Of a stretch of DNA of 64,000 nt, positions 48,590-58,238 are shown one piece after another. Both the position numbers and the translations under genes were made by a program. Under the pieces are notes generated by a model, which saw only the letters and a program-made list of their open reading frames with translations, was not told where the DNA came from and made no database searches. Numbering within the stretch: position 1 is the first letter of the stretch; every line of letters starts with the position of its first letter. This DNA comes from Candidatus Anstonellales archaeon (lineage in GTDB: Archaea; Micrarchaeota; Micrarchaeia; Anstonellales; J096), in NCBI GenBank assembly GCA_038890615.1, contig JAWAFI010000003.1:1-64000 (forward strand), written 5' to 3'.

Positions 48590-49007
48590 TGTTCCACCCT
48601 AGCTTTTTGCACAACTCGTAAACAGTTATATACTTTACATCCTCGTTTTTAACCTTAGCTGCTTCTATAGATAGCATTTCCTTGCCTTTGAACTCTTCAG
48701 GAACTCCTTCATAAACCATAAGCTTTTTAAGGGCATTTCTTCCCTTCATCTTCTTCCTTGGCACCATGCCGCTTATTGACTTCTTTACAAAGAGATGGGG
48801 TATTTTTGGGTATTTTGGCGATTTTTCAGGGTCAGCTTTGTATTGGAGTGACCTTTTTTGCTTATATCTTTTTTCAGCGAATTCTGGGTTGGATATGAGC
48901 ATCTTTTCGCAATTCACCACAGCCACTTCCTCCCCTTTTATTATCTCTTTGGCAATCTGGGTTGCCGCCCTTCCTAATATAAGCCCTTCGCAATCGTATA
49001 TCTTCAT
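48582..49007 (-). CDS. rpl13: 50S ribosomal protein L13
   Basis: ILGRAA, VVNCEK, GMVPRK, LMVYEGVP. Confidence 0.95.
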   Translation of the reverse strand: MKIYDCEGLILGRAATQIAKEIIKGEEVAVVNCEKMLISNPEFAEKRYKQKRSLQYKADPEKSPKYPKIPHLFVKKSISGMVPRKKMKGRNALKKLMVYEGVPEEFKGKEMLSIEAAKVKNEDVKYITVYELCKKLGWNNA

Positions 49008-49366
49008 TATATCACTATCCTTATTCCCTTCCCCTCCTTGTTCGAAGAGTAAAGCTTTTCTATCTCAAGGATCTCTGCACCCTCCTTCATGAGCTTCTTC
49101 CTTGCCATGTCGCTGAAAGAGTAGGCAGCTATTTTTGCCTTAGGAGCGCTGCCATCCCCCAACACCTTTCCAGGCACGACGATCACTTCACCTTCCTTTG
49201 CCACCTTCGATATCTTGCTAAGGTTAACTGCTACCCTCTGCCTCTTGCTCCTGCCCAAGAAATGGGCAATCCTTTTCCATACTCCTTTCTTGCTCGCACG
49301 AAGAGATTCTATGAGGTGAGCTAATCTTTTGTCCTCTTTCATAAGCATTACCTCTGACTTGCTCAT
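49007..49366 (-). CDS. rpl18e: 50S ribosomal protein L18e
   Basis: VNLSKI, VVPGKVLGDG, AAYSFS; canonical cluster position. Confidence 0.95.
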   Translation of the reverse strand: MSKSEVMLMKEDKRLAHLIESLRASKKGVWKRIAHFLGRSKRQRVAVNLSKISKVAKEGEVIVVPGKVLGDGSAPKAKIAAYSFSDMARKKLMKEGAEILEIEKLYSSNKEGKGIRIVI

Positions 49367-49420
49367 TATAAGGATTTTGGGAAATGCTTATAAACCTTCT
49401 CCTTTTGCTTCCTAGCGCTT

Positions 49421-51616
49421 TCAGGCAGGACAGTTGAAATCAGAGTAGCATTGGCTTATTATGTAGCGGTATTTCCTAATCACTTCATAAGCGAAATCAT
49501 AGCCATACATCTGCTTGTTCCTCTTGGTTGTATAATCTATAAAGTCAGTGTAAGTGCAGGAGGCGTCACTGGGGTTGGGGGTTATTGAAGCATAGCTGCT
49601 TATCCATGAGCTATCCCAATCGCCATAATACATATGAAGGGCTATGAACATTGCAATAAGGTCTCGCTCATCGCTTTCATAGTCAGTGCCCCTGAATTGG
49701 AGAAGCTTGTCTGCGTTTTCATCTACAAACTTGTATGCAGAGCTTAGGTTTTTAGAAAGTTCTCCGCCAAATGCGCACAAATTATCATAAGGGTCAAATG
49801 GGTTGAAGTTAGGATTGCATCTCTTTGCATTGTAAGGAAGCTCAAGCCCATGAGGGTCGCTGTTGTAATAAGTGAATGGAGCTATCTGCAGCCCTGTCAA
49901 GCCAAAGTTGCAGTAGCGCTGGCCTGATTGGGGCTGAGGCGAAATGGAGCATACGGAGGAAGGGTCTGATATGTAAGGAGGGTAAGGAGGAGGAGCAGGG
50001 CCAGGGTTGCAGAATGGGTCTGAAGAAGTAGCATAATAATAAGCGCACTTGTCAATAGTTCCTGCTCCGCCGCTCATTACCCACATTACTGCTCGGGTTA
50101 TTGCAGGAGGTATTGAATAAAGGTCCGAGTAGCCATCGCTCACATCTTTATAGGTGTTGCATAAGTCATTATCGCTAGGGTCTGATGCCCCGGGCGCGCT
50201 GCCGGGCGAATAAGGTGTTATGCACCTATCGTATGGATCAGGGAGATCTTCATAGTAAAGGCAACCAGTGCAGGTATACTCAAGGGGATCTGATTTCAGT
50301 GGGTCAAGAGGGTTGTCAATGCTAATTGTTGCAAAAGGAATCTGGTAGTTAGAGCTTACTAGGACGCATTGAGGCAGGGGTCCTACTGGAAAATGGATTA
50401 TTGGAGCATATGGGCCTGAATATGCAATTTGGCAGAAGTAAAACCAGTGCCTAAACTCCTGGAGCTGGTCAGCATTCTGCTTTGAGAAATCGAACATTCC
50501 GCAGTTGGCGCAATCAATCGGGCCTCCCCCTGCATTGCTCACCAGCGAATACATAGAGCTCCCTATTATCCCTGATGAGGTTAGCTGCTGAAGCTGGAGG
50601 TAATAGATTTTTATGAATTGGGTGTTGTAATCCTCAGTCCACCTGCACTGCTTTCCGTTGCCCATAACAAATATGCCCTTGTCCAAAAGTATATAAGCCC
50701 ACACAACCGGCTTGTCAAATGCATATGTAAGGTTCCTTGACCAAACGAACAGCTTTGTTATTGCAACATTTGGGTCACAGGTTGATTCCTTTTTCATCAT
50801 CTCCTTGTTGTCAAACCCAACGCCTATGAAATCCACTGCGTCCCTTGTGGCCTTGTCAGAAAGGACTGAATGGGCAAATTCAGTCTCGCCATATTTAACG
50901 CCGAACCCGATAAGGCAGTTCGGGCATTCCTGCTTCATTGCCTGAAGCTGCGCCCTTATAATTGAAGTGTCATCCCTAGAAGCGTCTTTTTTAGCAGAGA
51001 AATCACTAACTATAAGAACAGGCCCCAAATCCTTGAACTGCGCAGCAAATTTGCCCCCTTCGTTTGGATCAGGGGATGTCCCTGTTGAATACAACAAGTA
51101 AAGAGGCATCACATTTTTTTCCAAGTAGCACTTAGGAATGCTCTTTGAAACGATAGGGTAGGAAAACTGTTGCCTTGTAACCCACTGGGTTGCCAATGAA
51201 AGGGAGTTGTTGCAGAACTTATTAGCATACCTGAAAGTGCCCATTGATGGGCCTTGCCCAACTAGTGCCCTCTGCACAAATGTATGGGTTGAAGTGGTTG
51301 TTATAGAAATGTTATGAATTTCATCCCGAGAGCAATTTGTGTCAAAGCTGCACTCGCCTTCATAAAGCGAAGGCACTGAAGAAAGCCAAGGGGTCTTCTG
51401 CTTGCAGACCATGCAGGAGCAGTCGTTTGTAGTGTCAACAAGAGCAGCCTGCTGCTGAGCCATTTTTGCAAGGTCAGTTTCTACTAAGGGCTTGTTGAGA
51501 GTGGCGCTGCTTAGCGCATTCATGTCATTTTTCAACTCTGCGCATCCAGAAAGGAAAATCAATAGGGCAATCAGGAAAGCAGGCCTAAGCTGATGAATGG
51601 AATGTTGAATGCCCAT
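49421..51616 (-). CDS. Cys-rich secreted lipoprotein-like protein with a C-terminal degenerate lytic transglycosylase/lysozyme-like domain
   Basis: Lipobox LLIFLSGC; YSIPPAITRAVMWVMS, GLTGLQI, FDPYDNL, ALHMYYG, FAYEVIRKY. Confidence 0.65.
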   Translation of the reverse strand: MGIQHSIHQLRPAFLIALLIFLSGCAELKNDMNALSSATLNKPLVETDLAKMAQQQAALVDTTNDCSCMVCKQKTPWLSSVPSLYEGECSFDTNCSRDEIHNISITTTSTHTFVQRALVGQGPSMGTFRYANKFCNNSLSLATQWVTRQQFSYPIVSKSIPKCYLEKNVMPLYLLYSTGTSPDPNEGGKFAAQFKDLGPVLIVSDFSAKKDASRDDTSIIRAQLQAMKQECPNCLIGFGVKYGETEFAHSVLSDKATRDAVDFIGVGFDNKEMMKKESTCDPNVAITKLFVWSRNLTYAFDKPVVWAYILLDKGIFVMGNGKQCRWTEDYNTQFIKIYYLQLQQLTSSGIIGSSMYSLVSNAGGGPIDCANCGMFDFSKQNADQLQEFRHWFYFCQIAYSGPYAPIIHFPVGPLPQCVLVSSNYQIPFATISIDNPLDPLKSDPLEYTCTGCLYYEDLPDPYDRCITPYSPGSAPGASDPSDNDLCNTYKDVSDGYSDLYSIPPAITRAVMWVMSGGAGTIDKCAYYYATSSDPFCNPGPAPPPYPPYISDPSSVCSISPQPQSGQRYCNFGLTGLQIAPFTYYNSDPHGLELPYNAKRCNPNFNPFDPYDNLCAFGGELSKNLSSAYKFVDENADKLLQFRGTDYESDERDLIAMFIALHMYYGDWDSSWISSYASITPNPSDASCTYTDFIDYTTKRNKQMYGYDFAYEVIRKYRYIISQCYSDFNCPA

Positions 51617-54600
51617 GTAGGCACCTCCCTTGCACTAGCCTTATTCCGCACCTTGGGCAGAATGCGTGCCGAACTTCATCTTTCAATGATTCCCTATACT
51701 CATCCTTGGCTGACTCCCAAAATGCCTTTCCAGACCTAATCCCAGCATAGATTCCTGCAACAGAAGCCCCTGCAGGCAGGGCTGCAAATAGCATAGGCGC
51801 AAAGCCAAGGCCAATGGAATGCTTCCAGCTTTCCTTCTTCCTCTCTTCCTTGCTCAGGTTCCAAAGCGCTCCTCCAGTAATTATCCTGTTCATGTATCCT
51901 TCAGTTACTGAGTAGTACGAAAGCTCATACCTGTTCTTGATTAGGAGTTCAGGGGTTGGTATCTCCCTTCTATAGATTGGGGCATTTGCCTCGTGCATAA
52001 GCTCCCTGCTCATTGGCAAAAGCACCTTCTGCCCTTCTCTACTCATCTCTTGCGGGGAGGAAGCGCCATAAAGCCGCAGAGCCCATAAGTGCATCTGGGG
52101 GTTTAATCTATACTGCCCCAATGAGTCAAAATAGCTGTGGCCTGGGTTTGCCATTGCCTGCCATATGTTATAAACTGCAGGGTTGTAAAATGGAGTAACA
52201 AACTGATGGGGCCTTGGCGCACCATATATGACTTCCTCGCCGCCATAACCCCACTTCTTGAACCTGCTGCCTCCTTCCCCTGAGCCGCTTGAAGGTTCTT
52301 TTGCCTCGCCTGCAAACCAATAAGCTACGCGATTTGAGAGGTTCCAGATATCCATGCTTGGGCCTGTCATCCAAGTTGAAGGGGTGAAGAGCGTTTCAAT
52401 CAATGTCCTAAACCTCCCAAGATAGCGCATTCCAGTGTATGGGAACGGCTGCATAGTATCTGGCTCTATTACCCTACCCTGTTCATCAACCAAATAGCCA
52501 AGGCTCTTTGGGGAAGGATAGCCGCCTCCTATGTAGCTCATTAGCCTTGAAGCCATTATGAATGGCTTTGCAACAAACTGTGCAAACTTGCTTATCCTCC
52601 CCAGCATTGGGCCGCTGTACCTCCACTCAATATCATCTTGGAAGGTTTTCCAGTGCATTTCTGATGGATACGGAAGCGCCGGCCCTACCTGGAAGTATCC
52701 GTGTGTTATCCTTTCTTCGCCTTCCATTGAAGGAACATGAAGCCTGGGGTCCCTGGTAATTGCATAATCCCAGCCACCTTCAAATTTCATGTATCTGTCC
52801 AAGATAGCACTGTATATGCCAGCAAGTTTCTTCTCCTTCAAGTAATCTGCATTCCTATGCATCTCCTCAAACATCTTAGCAGAGGCCTTCCTTCCCTCAT
52901 AAAGGAGCAGGGAGCTGCCTACTAGAAGATCAGTAATTTGCTCAGCCCTGGGCGCAGAAATGTAGAGAGGCCTAGCCAGCACTTCATCAAGCAGCCCAAA
53001 ACCTATCTGCTTGAGCTTTCCCTTTATCCCTTCCCAGCCTCCCATTTCCGCCTGATCCTGAGCCATTTTCTTTACAGTTACTATCTTGTAGTCATCTGGC
53101 CCTAGGACATCAAGAAGGCCAATATGGTGGCCACTATGCTGAAGCTTGAAGGAAAGAAGGGCTACATCGTATGCAGAAAGCTTTCCGCTTTGAAGCAGCA
53201 GCCTGATTGATTCCTTGAACTCTTCCTTTTGGATAGTCATAAGCTTGGCAGCATTGAAAAAGGCTGATTTGTAGTTCCCAAAAATAGATGGGTCTGCAGC
53301 AGCAAGCTTTTTGGCCAACTCTTCCATCTGAGAAGTTGAAAACATCTTGTAGCTTGGGTCAAGAACTTTGAAGTTGCCTTTTTCGTCCTTAAACATAAGC
53401 CTGGCTCCTGTAATGCCGTCAAAAATAGATACGGACATGCCATTCTCGTATGGGACAAAAGAGTTTCCTCTTGTCATTATCCAAGGAACTGATTGGTCCA
53501 TTTTCAAGGGGTTTATCCTTGTGTTAAGAAGGAAGTTGTGGAAGTCATTAATGTTTTTAGCTACATACTCCCTTACAGAAGCATCATCAAGATTTGTCTG
53601 CCCTTTTTCCTTTGCATAATACCTGGCAAGAGCATTGAAAAACTTCAAATCTGCCTTTTCAAAGTCAGTGCGCCAGTTTGCGCCGAAGCTGGTTATGTTG
53701 CCCCTTGCGAAAACAGAAAGCATGTTCTCAAGGAAAAGCTCCCTTGTCATTGCAAGCCGTGCATCAGGAGTGTCAGGACCAGGCTTGTGGGGAGAGTCAT
53801 ATGCCCTTGAAACTGTCTCTATTGCAGCCACCTTGAGCCTGTCTCCGCCAATCTTCCAATGCCCTCTTAAGTCAAAGGCCCAAAGCTGGTTGTTAGCAGC
53901 CTCATACTGTATGCCCCTGAAATTGGATTTAAGCACCTCAGAAATGTTTTTGTCCATGCCAATTCTCCCTATCCCTGAAACAATGGACTTGGCTTTTGCC
54001 CCAACCTTTTCGTGCACAGCTCCGCCAATTTGATCAAGGGATGTACCTGTTGCCTCAAATGGCTTTGAGAATATGTTTGTTAGCTGAAGGGCACCTTTCT
54101 TAATCATCTCGTCTATGTTCCACTGCGGGAAAAGCGCCTGAAGCGCCAAAGCGTAATTTTCGATTGGGTTCGAGCCAACCCTCCTAATAGAGTTCATTAA
54201 ATCAATTATAAAATACTGGATAGAGTTGTTTATATGCCTGCTACCAAGCCCGAAAAGCTCATTGAGCGCCTTAAGCGTTGTCGTGGCAATTGCTGCAAAT
54301 TCAGCTTTGTTGCTGTATATCTTGAACTCTTGCTCACTAGCCATTGAAATATGGCCAAGCTGGGCTGCATATTCTTTTAGGAAGAAAAACTGGTAATTTG
54401 ATTTAGTTAGCTCCTTTTCCATCATAAAGTGGTAGAAATCATTATAACCTGTAGAAGCAAAAGGAATTGAATCTTTTCGGTAGTAGGAGCTTCTGCTTAT
54501 AAAATTATAGAGGTCCAATGCCTTTATGGATTCAGGTCTATTATCTGCACGGATTCTGTTCAATTCCGTGAAGAAAGTGAACACCTCTTTGTCTACATAG

Positions 54601-56621
54601 ACTCCGTTTTGCCTTATTATTCTAAGCATGAGATGAGCCCTTAGCTTTTCCTCCAATGTTAACATGTCAACGCTGTCAATCTTTTCATCCTTGTACTTCT
54701 GGTTTGCATTAAGGTATGCCTCCCTGAAAGCCTCTGCAACCTGCCTCAATATGCGCTGGGTAGTTTCAATATCATCTAAGAGCCCATGGCGCTTAAGGTG
54801 TGCATAAGCTGCAATGAAATAGGCAGGGTCTAAGTATATGTTAAGTTCCCTAAGCTTTGCAACAAGCGCATTAATTTGATCTCTGTCAGGCTTATTTGGG
54901 TCAATAGCTTTAATGAGTTTCAGAAGTTGATCGTAGTGCCTCACTAAGAGGAAAGTAGCGCCTATGGTTCCAGAGCTCAATCCTTTTGCTCCAAGAAGGG
55001 TTTCCATGTCAACAACAAGGTTTCCGTCTTTGTCTTTTGTAATAAGGTTGCTGACTATTTTGGATAGATCCTTTGACTCTATGCCCAGCCTTTCCTTGAA
55101 TATCCTAGCCAAGGCATAAAAGTATACGCTTTGGTAGCCCTCCCTCATCCATTGGTGGTACCTTGCCTCTTGGAGCGAAACCACATCCATAAAGCGCATC
55201 ATTAAAGATAGGTTTGCTCCAACTGACTCCTTTGAGCCAGGATAGCTAAGGTAGGCCATTGCCCTTGCCAAGCGCTCCCCTCTTTTGCTTTTAGACAATG
55301 CGCGAACGAAATCTTTTATTGGGTGTGGCTCTTTTTTATAAGAATCCTCTGCTATTTTAGCCCTTTCATGCTCCACCCTTTTAACAAAATCCCTTGCCCC
55401 AAGAAGCCCCATCACGCCCAAAGTAAGCTGAGGGGCAGAAGCAAGCCTTACCTTTATCATCCTCTTGAACTCCCTTATTAGCCTTGATCCGGACCTTATG
55501 GCGTCAAAATAAACATTTGCTGTAAGTGGTATTCTTCCTGACACTCCTTCCAGAAGATTCCTAAACCTCTTAGTGAATTGGCCCACCCAACTCCTTGATG
55601 GTTCTTGTTCCTTCTGAGCCAGCTTCCTTGCAGGGTCTGCCATCATAACTGCATAATACATGCTAAGCAGAGGGTCAAGGGCATCCTTCTCTTCTTGGAG
55701 CAGCTTTCTGCCCAATTTTTTCTCTATCTCTTTTATCATCTCCTCCAATATCCTGTTCTTGTTCCAGCGTTTTTCAACTGCAGTTTCAAAAACACCCTTT
55801 CTCCCTACCATGAGGTCTTTAAGCTCTTTTTCAGTAAGTTTGAGGCCAAACATGGCAAGCGCATTTACCATGTAAGCATTTATCTCGCTGCTTATTTTGC
55901 CCCAGTTCATCCTCATCTTCCTTTGATCATAACCCCTTGCGCCCCTTGAGGCAGTATACCTTTTTTTCTTCCTGATCCTTGGGGAAGCTATGTCTAAGTA
56001 CCTAAGAGGGTCTATTCCAGAGGCAAACATAGAGGCAAAAAGTATTCCTGTTAAGAAAACAGCTGCAACGCATACAGTTGGGTTGGAAGCCATAATTGCT
56101 GAAAGCGAATTAAGAATGCTTTGAGATATTGCGCCGACTACGCTTGACTCGCCTATTCTCATTGTCCTTTCAGATGAAGAACCCAAAAAATGTGGATCCC
56201 CATCATAAACTGCTTTTATTATATAAACTCCTGGCTGGAGGTTAAATGAGCATTCTGCTATCCCTCCAGATGATGTTAAAACATCCTGGCAATTCCCCAA
56301 AGGATGGAACTCTGAATCAGTGCCGTCATTATAGTAAAAGCTTATTGGCTGCCCATCAGCGTAGCAGGACTGGGTTATAAGCTGCTGGCACTCAGGGATA
56401 GGGTTAGTGATGCAGCTTGGGTCTATTTCTGCATAAGTGACAGTGTACTGCCCTACAAGGATAGCCCTTGCATAGCCGTTCTGGACCTCAATTATTGAAA
56501 GTGAAGTCCTTACGCACCCTGTACAGGTAAAGTCAATAAGGGAACATTGCTGGGAGGATTGCCCGTGCAAAGCTGAAATAAGGAGAAGTAAAAGGAATGC
56601 TGCCCCCTTATGCTCAGACAT
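51585..56621 (-). CDS. Giant membrane protein: signal peptide, Ig-like domain, TM helix, GIDPLRYLDI motif, about 1450-aa tail, C-terminal hydrophobic segment and Zn ribbon
   Basis: AAFLLLLLISALHG; IKAVYDGDPHFLGSS; VCVAAVFLTGILFASMFASG; CPRCG...CLHGH. Confidence 0.8.
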   Translation of the reverse strand: MSEHKGAAFLLLLLISALHGQSSQQCSLIDFTCTGCVRTSLSIIEVQNGYARAILVGQYTVTYAEIDPSCITNPIPECQQLITQSCYADGQPISFYYNDGTDSEFHPLGNCQDVLTSSGGIAECSFNLQPGVYIIKAVYDGDPHFLGSSSERTMRIGESSVVGAISQSILNSLSAIMASNPTVCVAAVFLTGILFASMFASGIDPLRYLDIASPRIRKKKRYTASRGARGYDQRKMRMNWGKISSEINAYMVNALAMFGLKLTEKELKDLMVGRKGVFETAVEKRWNKNRILEEMIKEIEKKLGRKLLQEEKDALDPLLSMYYAVMMADPARKLAQKEQEPSRSWVGQFTKRFRNLLEGVSGRIPLTANVYFDAIRSGSRLIREFKRMIKVRLASAPQLTLGVMGLLGARDFVKRVEHERAKIAEDSYKKEPHPIKDFVRALSKSKRGERLARAMAYLSYPGSKESVGANLSLMMRFMDVVSLQEARYHQWMREGYQSVYFYALARIFKERLGIESKDLSKIVSNLITKDKDGNLVVDMETLLGAKGLSSGTIGATFLLVRHYDQLLKLIKAIDPNKPDRDQINALVAKLRELNIYLDPAYFIAAYAHLKRHGLLDDIETTQRILRQVAEAFREAYLNANQKYKDEKIDSVDMLTLEEKLRAHLMLRIIRQNGVYVDKEVFTFFTELNRIRADNRPESIKALDLYNFISRSSYYRKDSIPFASTGYNDFYHFMMEKELTKSNYQFFFLKEYAAQLGHISMASEQEFKIYSNKAEFAAIATTTLKALNELFGLGSRHINNSIQYFIIDLMNSIRRVGSNPIENYALALQALFPQWNIDEMIKKGALQLTNIFSKPFEATGTSLDQIGGAVHEKVGAKAKSIVSGIGRIGMDKNISEVLKSNFRGIQYEAANNQLWAFDLRGHWKIGGDRLKVAAIETVSRAYDSPHKPGPDTPDARLAMTRELFLENMLSVFARGNITSFGANWRTDFEKADLKFFNALARYYAKEKGQTNLDDASVREYVAKNINDFHNFLLNTRINPLKMDQSVPWIMTRGNSFVPYENGMSVSIFDGITGARLMFKDEKGNFKVLDPSYKMFSTSQMEELAKKLAAADPSIFGNYKSAFFNAAKLMTIQKEEFKESIRLLLQSGKLSAYDVALLSFKLQHSGHHIGLLDVLGPDDYKIVTVKKMAQDQAEMGGWEGIKGKLKQIGFGLLDEVLARPLYISAPRAEQITDLLVGSSLLLYEGRKASAKMFEEMHRNADYLKEKKLAGIYSAILDRYMKFEGGWDYAITRDPRLHVPSMEGEERITHGYFQVGPALPYPSEMHWKTFQDDIEWRYSGPMLGRISKFAQFVAKPFIMASRLMSYIGGGYPSPKSLGYLVDEQGRVIEPDTMQPFPYTGMRYLGRFRTLIETLFTPSTWMTGPSMDIWNLSNRVAYWFAGEAKEPSSGSGEGGSRFKKWGYGGEEVIYGAPRPHQFVTPFYNPAVYNIWQAMANPGHSYFDSLGQYRLNPQMHLWALRLYGASSPQEMSREGQKVLLPMSRELMHEANAPIYRREIPTPELLIKNRYELSYYSVTEGYMNRIITGGALWNLSKEERKKESWKHSIGLGFAPMLFAALPAGASVAGIYAGIRSGKAFWESAKDEYRESLKDEVRHAFCPRCGIRLVQGRCLHGHSTFHSSA

Positions 56622-56674
56622 AAAAATATTTACGCGTTCAGCATTTAAAATACTTTCTAAAAGTGGACCGACGG

Positions 56675-56827
56675 TTATTTCTTTGCCCTTATGTCTTTCT
56701 TCCTAATCCTAAGGAAGGGGGAATGGCACTTCCTGCACTTCTTCACCCCCCTCTTGTTCCTGGTTTTGCACTTCCTGCATATTACAACTGAAAGGAACAA
56801 TTTGTCCCCTTGAGGGAATTTTCCCAT
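56675..56827 (-). CDS. rpl40e: 50S ribosomal protein L40e (not in the ORF track)
   Basis: Manual translation MGKFPQGDKLFLSVVICRKCKTRNKRGVKKCRKCHSPFLRIRKKDIRAKK. Confidence 0.92.
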   Translation of the reverse strand: MGKFPQGDKLFLSVVICRKCKTRNKRGVKKCRKCHSPFLRIRKKDIRAKK

Positions 56828-56882
56828 CTGACCATCCTCTTTTGTTATAAGTTTGGCGCATATTTTTAAAGGTATGCCTTGC

Positions 56883-57134
56883 TTACTGGAGCAGCTCCTT
56901 CAACTTTTCCAGTGTTTTGGCAACCTCTGCTCCTTTATCAGTAAGCTTAACAACCTTTTTCTTCCTTTTCTCAGATTCTATTGTTATAAGCCCTTTTGCA
57001 AACATGAGCTTCAGGATCCTGTTGGCATAAAGGTTGCTTACTTCTGCCTTCCTTGCAATAAGAGAAGGGTACCAAACTACTTCCTGATTTAGGAGAAGAA
57101 GCAATATCTTGATACGCTTTTCGCGGAGGAACAT
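56883..57134 (-). CDS. Winged-helix (MarR-like) DNA-binding protein
   Basis: YPSLIARKAEVS...KGLI...RKKKVVKLTDKG. Confidence 0.75.
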   Translation of the reverse strand: MFLREKRIKILLLLLNQEVVWYPSLIARKAEVSNLYANRILKLMFAKGLITIESEKRKKKVVKLTDKGAEVAKTLEKLKELLQ

Positions 57135-57285
57135 AGTTAAATAAGAAAGGCAAAGATTAAAAAAGAAATTGAAGAGCAAGTTTAGTTGCATTGGCAGAAA
57201 ATCTTAAATCATGCAGCAAGGAAAGGTTTTGGGCTCACCAACTTATTTGCTTCAAAGTTAAAATTAAAAAAGGCAAGCATAAAAC

Positions 57286-58197
57286 ATGGAAGAGGAAGAG
57301 GCATACCCTTATATAGAACATTCAGACGAAAACATTAGGAAAGCAGCCCTGTTTTTCCTTTACGGGAAGGAGATACCTAAAGAGATAAGAAATAGGTACA
57401 AAATGTCATATGAAAGAACATTCAGAAGCAAAAAAAGCCAAAAAGGGTTTGCGAACCTTATAAAAGAGGGGCGTTTTGAAGAAGCAATTGAGATATCAAC
57501 ACCAAAAGAAAGGGAGGTTATAGCACGAAGAATGGCCGAAGTTAAAGAAGGAATATGGAGAATATCCGGAGCATTGGAAGACGCAAGGAAAAAAGGCAAT
57601 TTCGAGCTCTTTGAAAGAGCAATAAAGATCTTAGGAGAGCCAAAAAACCTTGAGCTCCTGGACAAAAAAAGCAGGGAAGAAATCAGGGCAAGCTCAATAG
57701 AATTCATAAGGCAGAAAATCAGCAAAGACATAACAGTAAAAAAGTGGCTAAAAGAGAGGATTGAAGAGCTAAGGAAGTCAAAATTCAAAAAGGAGCTTCT
57801 AGAAGACATAGAGCTGGTTCTGGAGAATATGGAGCATGTTGCTGCTGAATTCAGCAAAGAGCTCAGCAAGGCAAGGGAAGAGATCCTTAGGGAAAATATG
57901 AAAAGGATTAATGAGCACGATGGGGCAGAAGACAAGGAGCTAGAGAAGCTTATAGCAGAAAGCCCTGCCAAAAAGCTGCTTAAATTAAAGCTTATAACTG
58001 ATTGGAAAGAAGTTGATGAGGGAAATTTAGATATAGAGCTTTCATGGGTGCAGAAATACAAGGTAAGGATGGGCATTGCGCACTATATGATTGGAAAAGA
58101 AGAGTACATTTCGCTTGTACAGTTCAAGAGGAAAACATGGAACGGAAGGGATGGGCAAGTGGAATGGAGGGATTTGTACATGATTAAATGGGAATAA
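57286..58197 (+). CDS. Hypothetical charged helical protein
   Basis: 303-aa ORF with typical coding composition; no motif recognised. Confidence 0.65.
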   Translation: MEEEEAYPYIEHSDENIRKAALFFLYGKEIPKEIRNRYKMSYERTFRSKKSQKGFANLIKEGRFEEAIEISTPKEREVIARRMAEVKEGIWRISGALEDARKKGNFELFERAIKILGEPKNLELLDKKSREEIRASSIEFIRQKISKDITVKKWLKERIEELRKSKFKKELLEDIELVLENMEHVAAEFSKELSKAREEILRENMKRINEHDGAEDKELEKLIAESPAKKLLKLKLITDWKEVDEGNLDIELSWVQKYKVRMGIAHYMIGKEEYISLVQFKRKTWNGRDGQVEWRDLYMIKWE

Positions 58198-58238
58198 GCA
58201 AAGGCAAGGAATTTAAAGCACTCCGTAGATTCTGAGGT

